Part shown: piece after piece, positions 30,472-39,536 of the stretch
Layout of the letters: each line of letters opens with the position of its first letter
How positions within the stretch are numbered: the first letter of the stretch is position 1
Assembly: GCA_050290185.1 (NCBI GenBank)
Contig: JBNKHE010000004.1
Span: 1-64,000, forward strand
Direction of reading: 5' to 3'
DNA from: Pontiella sp.
GTDB taxonomy: Bacteria > Verrucomicrobiota > Kiritimatiellia > Kiritimatiellales > Pontiellaceae
DNA length: 64,000 nucleotides
Program-made: the position numbers and the translations under genes
Notes under the pieces: generated by a model
Told to the model about the DNA's origin: nothing
The model's input: the letters and a program-made list of their open reading frames with translations, nothing else
Databases searched by the model: none

Positions 30472-32967
30472 ATGAGGTCGAAAATGACAATAAATAAGTT
30501 GCTTCCAGTGCTACTCATCGTGCTGGCTAACGTGTCTATGGGAGCTACCCACTATGTATCATCTACAGGTTCACACACATCACCATACGATACTTGGGCA
30601 ACGGCGGCGACCAACATTCAGGATGCGGTGGATGTGGCTATTGCCGGTGACACGGTTTTGGTTGCCGATGGCGTTTATGTGCTGAGCAGCCAGATTTCGA
30701 TTACGAATGCGATTTCGCTGGTGAGCCAGAATAATCAGGGCGCAACGATCGATGGGAACGGCAGCGTTCGATGTCTTCGTATCACCGCATCCGATGTGCA
30801 GGTTGACGGGTTTCGTATTCAGAACGGAACGGTGAATAAGGGTACGGGCGGGCCCGCCTATGGAGGCAACCTATATTGTGATGACAACAGCGCTGTTATT
30901 GAGAACTGTGTAATTTCCGACGGATACGCGGCCGCTTCATCCAACGGAGGGGCCAAGGGGGGAGGTGCCTACAATGGGACGTACCTGAATTGTGAATTCT
31001 TAAACAATGAGGCCGTTTTTTATGGATTTCCGTATCAGGGGGGCACAACGATTCAGGGAGGAGCGGTGTTTGGAGGTGTACTTACGAATTGCAACGTTAT
31101 CGGAAACGCTTCCTCAAGTAGAAATATGGGACCCCAAGCCTACGGGGGCGGATTGGCCCTCTGCGAGGCGGACGCCTGTCGTATTCAAAGCAACAATACC
31201 TATAACACCGGCGGGGGCGTGTTCAGCAGTACCCTCAGGAATTGTCTGGTGGTTGGAAACGAAGCGAATAGCAGCGGATCGGGCGCACGCGACAGCGCTC
31301 TGGAGAACTGCACGGTCGCGGATAATATCGGCCAGGGAATATACGGCGGCTCCGCCACGAACTGTATTATCTACAGCAATACGGTTGCCAACTGGGCCGG
31401 GACCGTCAGCGTTGCTTACTCATGCACCACGCCGGATCCGGGCGGGGATGGCAACACAACACAGTTTGACGGGTTCGAAAACGGCTATGTTCCTGTTTAC
31501 AACGCGGAGATTGCCAACACAGGGATCTACCTGAGCTGGATGATCGGGGCCGTTGACCTGGCCGGGGCAGCGAGGGTCATTAACGGAAGCGTGGATATGG
31601 GGTGCTATGAGCTGCCCGGCCTCTATCATTACGTGGTCGAAAGCGGATCAACACCATTGTTTCCATACGACTCATGGGCAACGGCCGCCACAAACATTCA
31701 AGACGCGGTCAACGCCTGTTCCAATACCATGAGCGATGTTGTGTTAATCGATGATGGAGTCTATGTCCTGACCCAGCAGGTGCTTATTGCCACAGACAAT
31801 GTAATCGTCCAAAGCGTCAATGGTCCCGGGGCAACGACGATTGATGGCAACGGCTCTGTCCGCTGCCTGCGGATCACCGGGGCGGATGTGTCTGTTGAAG
31901 GGTTCCGGATTCAGGGAGGATATCTATACGGTTCTGGATATAACGTCGCTTTGTATGGCGCGAATGTTTATTGCAACAATGATACGTCAACGTTTCGAAA
32001 CTGCATTATTGCCAATGGCATTGCCTTTACGGCCGGATATTCAAAGGCCCGCGGTGCTGGCGCATACAACGGCACGTATATCAACTGTACGTTCTCTAAT
32101 AATGTAGCGAAATATGCCGGAAGCAGCTACAGCAGCAAGACGGAAGTTAAGGGCGGGGCGGTCTACAGTGGCATACTGGAGAATTGCGCTGTTGTTAACA
32201 ACAGCGCAACCCGTCCAAATAATTTTGGCCCCCCTACTTATGGTGGTGGAGTTTTCAGCAGCGAAGCAACAAGGTGCATCCTTCAGGGAAACTACGCCCG
32301 AGCGGGTGGCGGCGCCTATAGCAGTACGCTGAAGAACTGCCTTGTTGTGGAAAACGAAACGCACAGCGGGGGCGCGGGGGCAGGTGTGAAAAACTCCACG
32401 CTGGAGAGTTGCACGGTCGCGGACAACATCGGGCAAGGCATGAGTGCCGGTTCGGCCACAAACTGTATCATCTATGGCAATACCGTAAGTAACTGGGCGG
32501 GGACAGTCGATATTGCGTACTCATGTACAACACCCGATCCAGGCGGCACAGGGAACATCCTCTCCTTTGAGGGCTTTGACTCGGACTACTATCCCCAGCA
32601 GGGATCCGTAGTGCTCAATGCAGCGCTCGAAATGTCGTGGATGGCAGGTGGCACGGACTTGCTCGGGTTCCCCAGAGTGATTGATTCCGGTCCAGACATG
32701 GGCTGTCAGGAGTACTTCGGTACCAGGGGGATTGACAGCATCGAGGTACAGGGGAATGACGCCATCCTAACGTTCGATCTTTTTGATGGAGTGAATGGTA
32801 TGCTGCAGGCAACGGATGATCTCACCAACGCCTGGACAGATGTAACGTCCTTTTCAGGAGCCGGGACGATCTCGGTCACCAATGATGCAAGTGGTAGTCC
32901 CTGCAAATTCTTCCGTCTGAAGTACGTTAGTCCCTACACAGTCGGCGTTGGCGTTGCGTCCCCGTAG
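30472..32967 (+). CDS. secreted right-handed beta-helix protein, two tandem units with choice-of-anchor-Q-like ends
   Basis: Signal peptide; duplicated HYV...WATAATNIQDAV...IDGNGSVRCLRI...DL.G..RVI...DMGC.E; C-terminal KFFRL domain. Confidence 0.8.
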   Translation: MRSKMTINKLLPVLLIVLANVSMGATHYVSSTGSHTSPYDTWATAATNIQDAVDVAIAGDTVLVADGVYVLSSQISITNAISLVSQNNQGATIDGNGSVRCLRITASDVQVDGFRIQNGTVNKGTGGPAYGGNLYCDDNSAVIENCVISDGYAAASSNGGAKGGGAYNGTYLNCEFLNNEAVFYGFPYQGGTTIQGGAVFGGVLTNCNVIGNASSSRNMGPQAYGGGLALCEADACRIQSNNTYNTGGGVFSSTLRNCLVVGNEANSSGSGARDSALENCTVADNIGQGIYGGSATNCIIYSNTVANWAGTVSVAYSCTTPDPGGDGNTTQFDGFENGYVPVYNAEIANTGIYLSWMIGAVDLAGAARVINGSVDMGCYELPGLYHYVVESGSTPLFPYDSWATAATNIQDAVNACSNTMSDVVLIDDGVYVLTQQVLIATDNVIVQSVNGPGATTIDGNGSVRCLRITGADVSVEGFRIQGGYLYGSGYNVALYGANVYCNNDTSTFRNCIIANGIAFTAGYSKARGAGAYNGTYINCTFSNNVAKYAGSSYSSKTEVKGGAVYSGILENCAVVNNSATRPNNFGPPTYGGGVFSSEATRCILQGNYARAGGGAYSSTLKNCLVVENETHSGGAGAGVKNSTLESCTVADNIGQGMSAGSATNCIIYGNTVSNWAGTVDIAYSCTTPDPGGTGNILSFEGFDSDYYPQQGSVVLNAALEMSWMAGGTDLLGFPRVIDSGPDMGCQEYFGTRGIDSIEVQGNDAILTFDLFDGVNGMLQATDDLTNAWTDVTSFSGAGTISVTNDASGSPCKFFRLKYVSPYTVGVGVASP

Positions 32968-32973
32968 AAAAGG

Positions 32974-33253
32974 GTCCGCCGACCAAAACCTGAACCAGGC
33001 CCTTCCGGCCCATACGGAATTAAAGCCGGTGTGGAAACCGAAAATGCTGAATGGCATCGTGGCCATCGAGGGTAAATGGGCCGACGGCTCAGACCTGCTG
33101 GCCATCCCCTACTACGCCCGTTGCAACCGCATCGGCGGCAGCAAGGGCCATGGCGGTTTCGGAGGACCGGGTGCCGAAGGCGGTGGTGACGGAAACCGTT
33201 CCAGCAACGGCCCATCATCCAAGGTATGGGTAGAGGAAAAGTAATACCGATTA
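32974..33253 (+). pseudogene. duplicated 3' fragment of the GH127 gene (direct repeat copy 2)
   Basis: Encodes SADQNLNQALP...KVWVEEK, near-identical to the GH127 C-terminus; no 5' part. Confidence 0.9.
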
Positions 33254-33392
33254 GAAGGAAAATGGCCGTGACGCGAAGCGAGGCCGCCGACCAGGAAGCA
33301 ACGACCATCGTGAGTTGCCATGCTTCTGACAACTGGAAAACAGAATCGTCCAAAAGTCGCCAATCCTGAAATAATCAGCTCACAGGACCGCC
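33254..33392. repeat. intergenic repeat module B
   Basis: ggccgtgacgcgaagcgag...gaaaacagaatcgtccaaaag..gccaatcc...caggaccg also occurs at 29952 and 51255. Confidence 0.8.
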
Positions 33393-33423
33393 GCAACAAA
33401 CAGACTAAACCATGAGAAACACT

Positions 33424-33906
33424 TTAGTAATAGATTATTTCCTCGTCTCGATATCTCCATTGACGAAAACAACCAAAGAGTGGTTCGCTGAATACTCTCC
33501 AGCCCCTAAGTTCATCAAACTTTCCTAAACCACCTATAATTAGCATTATCGGAGAGTCGATGAAGTTTTCCTCATAACGTGCTATATTTCGTAATGCTCG
33601 CTTATCTCGCCAGCTAAGATAGCTTGAGTTGTTGGGATGTGAGTGCCAATCACCTATGTAAGTGATTTCCCCATTGAATTGATTAAAATAATCCCCGACG
33701 CGGCTTTCGTCCGACACATAATCTGGCACGAAACCTAACCTGCCATGGATGGCATTTGGTCCAGGACCAAGAACATGTGTTATGACGACATCCGACTCAT
33801 CAGTCGCTAGGTATCCCATTAGTACCCCGCCACTTTCCTTAGGGGTTTTTACACAGGCATATTGGATCATTTTTTCATACTCAGATTTCGGGATCCATAT
33901 GCTCAT
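33424..33906 (-). CDS. JAB/MPN+ (JAMM) metalloprotease, Prok-JAB
   Basis: PKESGGVLMG ... YIGDWHSHP....LS..D JAMM motif; start MSIWIPK overlaps the end of the E2-E1 gene. Confidence 0.92.
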   Translation of the reverse strand: MSIWIPKSEYEKMIQYACVKTPKESGGVLMGYLATDESDVVITHVLGPGPNAIHGRLGFVPDYVSDESRVGDYFNQFNGEITYIGDWHSHPNNSSYLSWRDKRALRNIARYEENFIDSPIMLIIGGLGKFDELRGWRVFSEPLFGCFRQWRYRDEEIIYY

Positions 33907-35668
33907 AGGGTGCACAACTTTTGCATTTTTTAATCTTATCAAATGAATATCCGTTCCACTTTGGGAATAACCCGATTCCACTAGAGCGAAGGGATAAAAT
34001 ACCTATGTCATCAACGAGCGGGGGATATGCTCCAGCAATGCCCTCGCAGAGGGTAGAAACAGCCATACGAACTCCAGCCAATGACACTTCTTCAACGTCA
34101 AAGCTTGCTGCATGGAACGTAATATCGCCACAGCCCACGGGTTGTAATTTATCGCCGTTAGGATCAAAGGCTGGAAGCTCAATGTTATCCTCATTTTCAG
34201 GCTCATTCTCAGCTTTCTCCAGAGCTTGCCAAAAGCATAATAAACAACCTGTTTGAGCTGGTAGAACTCTTACTACATGCCCTCCCCAGCCCCCAGGACG
34301 AGAAGCAACCGTCACATAAGGTACCGATAACTCTTTGGCATAAAGAGATAGCATTTGATTAATTCCTCGTTCAGCCGTGGCGTCGAATACTAGATCCACA
34401 CCGTCAAGCATCCTAAAGAGACTTTCTTTTTGTCCAACCTCAGGAGTACCGAGCATAACTCTATCATCTTCTGTCCCAGATAAATGATGATCAATGCTTA
34501 CGTTCGTTAATGGGTAATTACTAGTAATATAATCAATAAGAGCCTTCACCTTACCCTTGCCCATTGCTTGAAGGCCAATTGGCCAGCGACAGATCGTACC
34601 AGCACTTATGAAATCCCCATCTAAGAGTCGAATCTCTCCTATTCCAGCCCTAGCAAAAGCAATGGCACTAGGTGCTCCAACACATCCCAAACCTATAACG
34701 GCTATCTTTTTTCCCCGCAGTGGATTTAGCTCTGGGATACGCTCAAAGATGTCGCACTCTCCAGCGTATTCAACTTTGATAGGGTTGATGATCAAATCCT
34801 GTTTGTTGATCTGAGCCACATAATAAAACAACCATCCATCACGTATCCCTCCTCTTGGGTTCTCCTCTGGAACACAAACAGCAAAAAGCGCATGCTTTTT
34901 CTTTTTGATCTCCAGTTGGAGCCACGAAAAAAGATCTGCGGACATAGCTCTGATACTTTCAACAAAAGCCTCAGAAGATGGCAGGCTAGGAAGACGGAAC
35001 CATGGACATTGCACACGTTTATACTCTTGGGATTTTATCCATTGGTGAATCATCGGGTTAATCGACACTCCATCAATGGGAACGTTTCCATTATCAAAAG
35101 CCACAAGAAGCCATCCCACGAAGGGGCGACCTTTTTGAATATGTTTATAATCACCGGCCACCGATAAGTGCAGAAGCCCTCTGTTTGTCGAATCTGGAAA
35201 TACCCAAGAGCTATCAAACATAATTTGCTGTCTGGCTCCCCTGTAAAACTCGGTCCATGGTTCTGCTTGATGATCTTCGCCTTGCAACCGTTCGTCTTCA
35301 TACTTTCGCGTAGCGACCCGCTCCCATTTTCCAAGCTGCTTAGTGATCAATCCCGCTGCTGTGTCGTTGGGTTGCCAGTGGTCAGTACCCCTTGCCAAAA
35401 GACATAACTCTCCCCCAGGACTATAGTGCCTGAGATCTTCGCCCAACCCTGGAACAATAACTGTGGGGCGTAAATATGGATATAAGTCAGGATACAGCAC
35501 GCTTCCAACACGCTCTTTGCCGAAAATGCTAACGCGAATATTTACCTTTAGCTTTCCTCTCTTTTTTTCAGCCTCATCGATTTCGGGATGAAGTCCGGCG
35601 CTCCGGAGAGCGCCGATCTCTTCTTCCTCGATCGCGGGGTATTCCATCCACCACGGACACGCCTTCAT
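33881..35668 (-). CDS. E2-E1 (ThiF) fusion ubiquitin-like transferase
   Basis: N-terminal E2: YPD.YPY.RP...RHYSPGGELCLL...W; C-terminal E1: IAVIGLGCVG, LLDGD, R, VFDATA, GCLLC, PVGC, CKSC. Confidence 0.9.
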   Translation of the reverse strand: MKACPWWMEYPAIEEEEIGALRSAGLHPEIDEAEKKRGKLKVNIRVSIFGKERVGSVLYPDLYPYLRPTVIVPGLGEDLRHYSPGGELCLLARGTDHWQPNDTAAGLITKQLGKWERVATRKYEDERLQGEDHQAEPWTEFYRGARQQIMFDSSWVFPDSTNRGLLHLSVAGDYKHIQKGRPFVGWLLVAFDNGNVPIDGVSINPMIHQWIKSQEYKRVQCPWFRLPSLPSSEAFVESIRAMSADLFSWLQLEIKKKKHALFAVCVPEENPRGGIRDGWLFYYVAQINKQDLIINPIKVEYAGECDIFERIPELNPLRGKKIAVIGLGCVGAPSAIAFARAGIGEIRLLDGDFISAGTICRWPIGLQAMGKGKVKALIDYITSNYPLTNVSIDHHLSGTEDDRVMLGTPEVGQKESLFRMLDGVDLVFDATAERGINQMLSLYAKELSVPYVTVASRPGGWGGHVVRVLPAQTGCLLCFWQALEKAENEPENEDNIELPAFDPNGDKLQPVGCGDITFHAASFDVEEVSLAGVRMAVSTLCEGIAGAYPPLVDDIGILSLRSSGIGLFPKWNGYSFDKIKKCKSCAPYEHMDPEI

Positions 35669-35821
35669 CTATCCCACATCTCTTCCACCACCGGGTCTTG
35701 GAGGTCTATTTGGTGGACGGTGTGGATTGGGTGGCGGTGTTGCCGGAGTCGCGGGATTACCCGGACCATTGGGATTTGCCGGTGTTGCCGGATTCCCTTT
35801 GCCTTTACCGTTATCATTCAT
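35669..35821 (-). CDS. 50-aa Pro/Gly/Asn-rich peptide ending GGGRDVG; candidate disordered modifier
   Basis: MNDNGKGKGNPATPANPNGPGNPATPATPPPNPHRPPNRPPRPGGGRDVG; AAGGT upstream; TAG stop directly abuts the E2-E1 ATG. Confidence 0.7.
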   Translation of the reverse strand: MNDNGKGKGNPATPANPNGPGNPATPATPPPNPHRPPNRPPRPGGGRDVG

Positions 35822-35909
35822 AACTACTGTACCTTGCCGGGTTTTGGTTAACCCTGTTTTCCCCTCGGCCAGAAAACAGATCCTTGCGGTATTCGCAAAA
35901 CTGCACAGA

Positions 35910-36323
35910 CTATCCCGAAAGAGTAAATGATCTAAGACCCATGGCTTTATCCAGTATAGGATGAATCCATGGAAGACCTCGTGGCGTTTGGGCATCCAGA
36001 AAAAGATGAGAACCATGTGCGGCAGCCAACACCTTGATCATTCGGCCTTTTTTTGAGGATTTAAGCGATGAGTGGTGAGAGGCAATCAAACAAGCCATCC
36101 CCATTCCCAAACTATGGCATCCCTTCCGGTGCCACGAGCTGGTTGCTGGTTCCATTAGGTCGGCAGCCATGCCGCCTAATCCACCGACGACCACTGCGCA
36201 TATCAGTTCGCCTACATTCAATTCCTGTTGATCGCCATTTCGGATGCTCTGTAGCTGAATAGCCGCATCCAGCATGCCACCGATGGCCATTGCCCAGCCA
36301 ACATGTGTTTTTTTATTTGCCAT
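35910..36323 (-). CDS. YdjM-family (LexA-regulated type) membrane metal-dependent hydrolase
   Basis: N-terminal TH, GG..AD..EP....HR..CHS, SHLFLD..TP.GLP; TM segments; GAAAGG RBS. Confidence 0.8.
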   Translation of the reverse strand: MANKKTHVGWAMAIGGMLDAAIQLQSIRNGDQQELNVGELICAVVVGGLGGMAADLMEPATSSWHRKGCHSLGMGMACLIASHHSSLKSSKKGRMIKVLAAAHGSHLFLDAQTPRGLPWIHPILDKAMGLRSFTLSG

Positions 36324-36381
36324 TTCTAACCTTTCAAGTTGGATTTCTTCACAATAACGGGCGAAATCTAACAAAGGCGAA

Positions 36382-36398
36382 GTGACATATGGTGTCCC
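36382..36398. promoter_or_regulatory. candidate WYL-regulator operator
   Basis: GTGACA-TATGG-TGTCCC imperfect palindrome about 60 nt upstream of the YdjM start. Confidence 0.5.
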
Positions 36399-36432
36399 TA
36401 TGAAAAAAAGTTTGCCAAAAAATCAGAACGAT

Positions 36433-37425
36433 TTACCGGCAGGAGAGCTCAGCCATGGCGTGGATTTCCTCCGCAACCAGCTGTTTTAGCTTTGCAGGCC
36501 GGATCACACGGGCGTGTTTGCCCATACCCAATACCCACTGAATGACATTGAAATACGGACGTTGTCCGCTGGCACTTACCCGGAAAGTTACTTCGATATC
36601 GCCGTTCTTCAACTCTCGAATCTTTTGCTTTGCATGCCACTGGCGGTCTTTCACTTCCAGAGACCATTGGTTACTGATACGAATACATACTTCTTTCATA
36701 TCGTCCATCGATGCGAATCCGCCGAAAGAGGATTCTACCAATTCCACCGGATCAAAATCATGCGGACGACGGAATGTTTCTCCGGTTTCGGTTACCTCAA
36801 GTATACGACCGATAGCGAACTGGCGAATTGCTTTATAATGGTGGTTGTAAGCAAAAACGTACCAATCACCATGGATGTTGGCGATGTGGTAAGGATCGAT
36901 GCGGTGGGTTCGCTTACCTGTAGCCCTCTTGCTTTGATAGCCCATTTCGATGGTGCGGCGTTGGAGAACGCTCTGGCATACCGATTCCCACAGTAAAGGA
37001 TCTACCGGAATCGCTGGAGGAGCTACGAAACTGAATTCACTTAGGATTTCTTCAGGATCAATACTGGTTTGTTCTCCGAGGGCTTCCGTCAGGTGAGTAT
37101 ATACCTGTTCCAGCTTATTGGTTATCGGCAGGTCTTTGTATTGGGCCAAGGCATGGCGAGCGATGAGAAGCGAAAATAAGTCGCCTTGTTTCAATGGAAT
37201 AGAGGGGATTGCCCAAGAGGGTTCTGTGTAGTAATAGCCTTTTTTGTTGCGGTCATATTCAAGAGGCGCGTTCCATCGGTCTTTCAGGAATGCAATGTCC
37301 CGTTTAATGGTTCTCTCCGCTACTTCCCAAGCGTGGGATAACTCAGAAATGGAGGGAAACTCTTTCGAACGGATGCGTCGGTCAATATCATACAGCCGTT
37401 CCATTTGTGTTTTACAACGACTCAC
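36433..37425 (-). CDS. HTH-WYL-WCX transcriptional regulator
   Basis: ERTIKRDI..L, GYYY, IDPYHI....GDWYVFAY, IRQFAIGRI, WVLGMG..A.VI.P..L; GTG start after GGAG. Confidence 0.92.
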   Translation of the reverse strand: MSRCKTQMERLYDIDRRIRSKEFPSISELSHAWEVAERTIKRDIAFLKDRWNAPLEYDRNKKGYYYTEPSWAIPSIPLKQGDLFSLLIARHALAQYKDLPITNKLEQVYTHLTEALGEQTSIDPEEILSEFSFVAPPAIPVDPLLWESVCQSVLQRRTIEMGYQSKRATGKRTHRIDPYHIANIHGDWYVFAYNHHYKAIRQFAIGRILEVTETGETFRRPHDFDPVELVESSFGGFASMDDMKEVCIRISNQWSLEVKDRQWHAKQKIRELKNGDIEVTFRVSASGQRPYFNVIQWVLGMGKHARVIRPAKLKQLVAEEIHAMAELSCR

Positions 37426-37492
37426 CAGGGATTCTCCAGCAAACTTCAACCAAGTTCGTGTAAGTGACAGTTTTCCAGCCACACATCAAAGC

Positions 37493-37755
37493 AACAGGGT
37501 CACTCCTATGAAATGATGTTTTCATTCAATCACCCCTGTAGCTTACCAACAGCAAACTCTTGAATAGTTTGAGACTTTACCTGCTTGCCTAAAATGACAC
37601 AAAGCAATTCCCACCTTCGCTTAAAGCTTCGGCGGACGAGCAGGAGCAATGGTATGCGGGGGATATCCCCACACCCATGAGGATCAATCGGTTATAAAAC
37701 GAGGATACCCCTCCGCGCCCCTCAGGACCCTCTGTGGTGAACTTTTTGCACTGAC
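37493..37755. repeat. intergenic repeat module A, copy 1
   Basis: tgatgttttc..caatcacccctgtagctt.ccaacagcaaactcttga...caaagcaattcc...ctctgtggtgaac also occurs at ~39007 and ~48548. Confidence 0.9.
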
Positions 37756-37900
37756 TTGCGCCAACGAAGCAACGCCCTCCATTCCAGCGCTTATCGATCG
37801 ATTCAAAATCGGGAAAAGCATTGGGGTCAGCCAGAGCTTCAACACGTCTCGCGCAAATAATTGATGGCAGGAAAATCCCCCATACGCATCCTCTGCTGGT

Positions 37901-38836
37901 CTACTCGTCGAAAGGAATCAGCAGTTTCTGACCGGGAGACACCGTGGCATCACCCAAACCGTTCAGTTCGCGAATCTCCTTCTCCGTCACCCCGTATTGT
38001 CGGGCGATGTCTTCGAGGGTTTCTCCGGGGTATACGACCCGCACTTCCGGGCCGGAGCACTCGCTAACCTGTTCGGGTACACGATCCATCATCACAGGAA
38101 CCGGTTCCACCGCCGGAGGTTCCTCTACATACGACTCATCCTTCCAGATGAACAGCTTCTTTACGACCCAGGCGGTACCTTTGAAGACGTATCCCAGCGG
38201 ACCAAGCACCTGTTCCTGTTTTTGTGCATTGAGCGTTACCTCCAGCGATGCGTAGTCCACCTTGCCCTTCATGGACTTCAGCCGGGCCGTCATCGAATCG
38301 ATATCACCCTGCAGCCGGGTCAATTCCTTCTCTATCGCCAGGATATCCTTCACATCCGCTGCCTTCTCAAGCAAGGCTTGAAGCCGATCCCGCAGTTTGA
38401 TCTTGGTTTCCAGACGGGCCTGGGTGTCGATATAGCGTTCCGTGACATCCTCCGAAGACAGGCTTTTAGCAATGACCTCACCCATGCCCTCAAGGCCGCC
38501 CACGACCTGCTGAAGCTTTTCCGATGGAACACGCAGGGTCAACGTCACGGAGGGCCGATCCTGATATTTCCGCTGGTGGCTGGACTCCACATAGCCTCCC
38601 ACCGCCTTGGCACATGCCGTTACATCCTCCTGGGTTTCAGCCACACCGGCGACTTCCAGCGTAATGGCCCCCCGCCAGATGAGCATCCGGTCCGACTGCA
38701 CTTCGTCCGCCGCAACGTTCAGGGCGGAATTTCCCGAAAGTGGAGCCCCGTACATGGCTATATCGGAACTGCTGTTTTTAGACATGCATCCTGAAAGCGC
38801 CAGCCCTGCCAGCAAAACGATTGCTGAGTATTTCAT
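37901..38836 (-). CDS. DUF4349 lipoprotein with C-terminal LysM domain
   Basis: Lipobox LSGC; LRVP, EDVTERYID..ARL; V.PGETL.DIARQYGVT..EI.ELNGL...V.PGQ.L.IP. Confidence 0.88.
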   Translation of the reverse strand: MKYSAIVLLAGLALSGCMSKNSSSDIAMYGAPLSGNSALNVAADEVQSDRMLIWRGAITLEVAGVAETQEDVTACAKAVGGYVESSHQRKYQDRPSVTLTLRVPSEKLQQVVGGLEGMGEVIAKSLSSEDVTERYIDTQARLETKIKLRDRLQALLEKAADVKDILAIEKELTRLQGDIDSMTARLKSMKGKVDYASLEVTLNAQKQEQVLGPLGYVFKGTAWVVKKLFIWKDESYVEEPPAVEPVPVMMDRVPEQVSECSGPEVRVVYPGETLEDIARQYGVTEKEIRELNGLGDATVSPGQKLLIPFDE

Positions 38837-38940
38837 TCAGTTTCCCCTTGTGATTGCTGTCGGCCAAATCACCGGCATTGTATTTTGACACATTACGGTT
38901 TCGAATCACCTTCATCAATAACGGCAACTGGATCAGTCCA

Positions 38941-39445
38941 ATGACCTGAGCCTCTTGGCGAAAGAGGCAGGCGTACTATGCCGGCAACGAGCTTTGCGAA
39001 GTGGCAAATGATGTTTTCATCCAATCACCCCTGTAGCTTGCCAACAGCAAACTCTTGAAGAGTTTGAGACTTTACCTTCTTGCCCAAGATGAAACAAAGC
39101 ATTTCCCACCTTCGCTTAAAGCTGCGGCGGACGAGCAGGAGCAATGGCTTGCGGGGGATTCCCCCCACACGCATGAGGATCAATCGATTTGAAACGAGGC
39201 TTCTCCTCCGTGGTTGCCGCTTCGCTGCCGCCGCTCTGCTCCGGCCTCACTTCGTGTCTCAGTGCCCTCTGTGGTGAACCTTTTTTGACTATGCCATTCG
39301 GCTTGGTCGCCACCTCAGCCCAAGGATTCATTAGGCCCAGGTCGCCCCTTCGGGGGTGCGGCACCAGGCTGCTCAGTTCCGTAACAGCCCCCTACTGTTT
39401 TTATCTCCCAGAGACGCAGAGGTCACAGAGTACGGAATTCCAGGA
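38941..39445. repeat. mosaic intergenic repeat (modules F, A copy 2, E)
   Basis: 38948-39008 matches 51362-51422 inverted; 39007-39290 matches 37510-37755; 39332-39445 matches 51120-51231. Confidence 0.85.
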
Positions 39446-39536
39446 AAGAACAACCTGCCGTCCGAGGTGTACGACAGGCTGCCGTGACCGCGCTACGCAA
39501 TCCCGAAGGATCGCGTGCGGGTCGGATGAAGCGGGT

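Noticed and set aside
32948..33244. 98-aa ORF as an independent gene
   Set aside because: It is the duplicated GH127 C-terminus with a fortuitous TTG start inside the upstream gene.
33424..35668. Calling the E2-E1/JAB pair CBASS Cap2/Cap3, Pycsar or Bil
   Set aside because: No CD-NTase, cyclase, cyclic-nucleotide effector or beta-grasp ubiquitin-like ORF is present in or near the operon.
33881..35668. ThiF/MoeB cofactor-biosynthesis gene
   Set aside because: It is fused to an E2-like domain, and no ThiS/MoaD or thiamine/Moco genes are nearby.
35669..36016. 115-aa version of the peptide ORF
   Set aside because: Its 5' half overlaps the YdjM gene in another frame; the internal ATG at 35821 has an RBS-like sequence and fits the intergenic gap.
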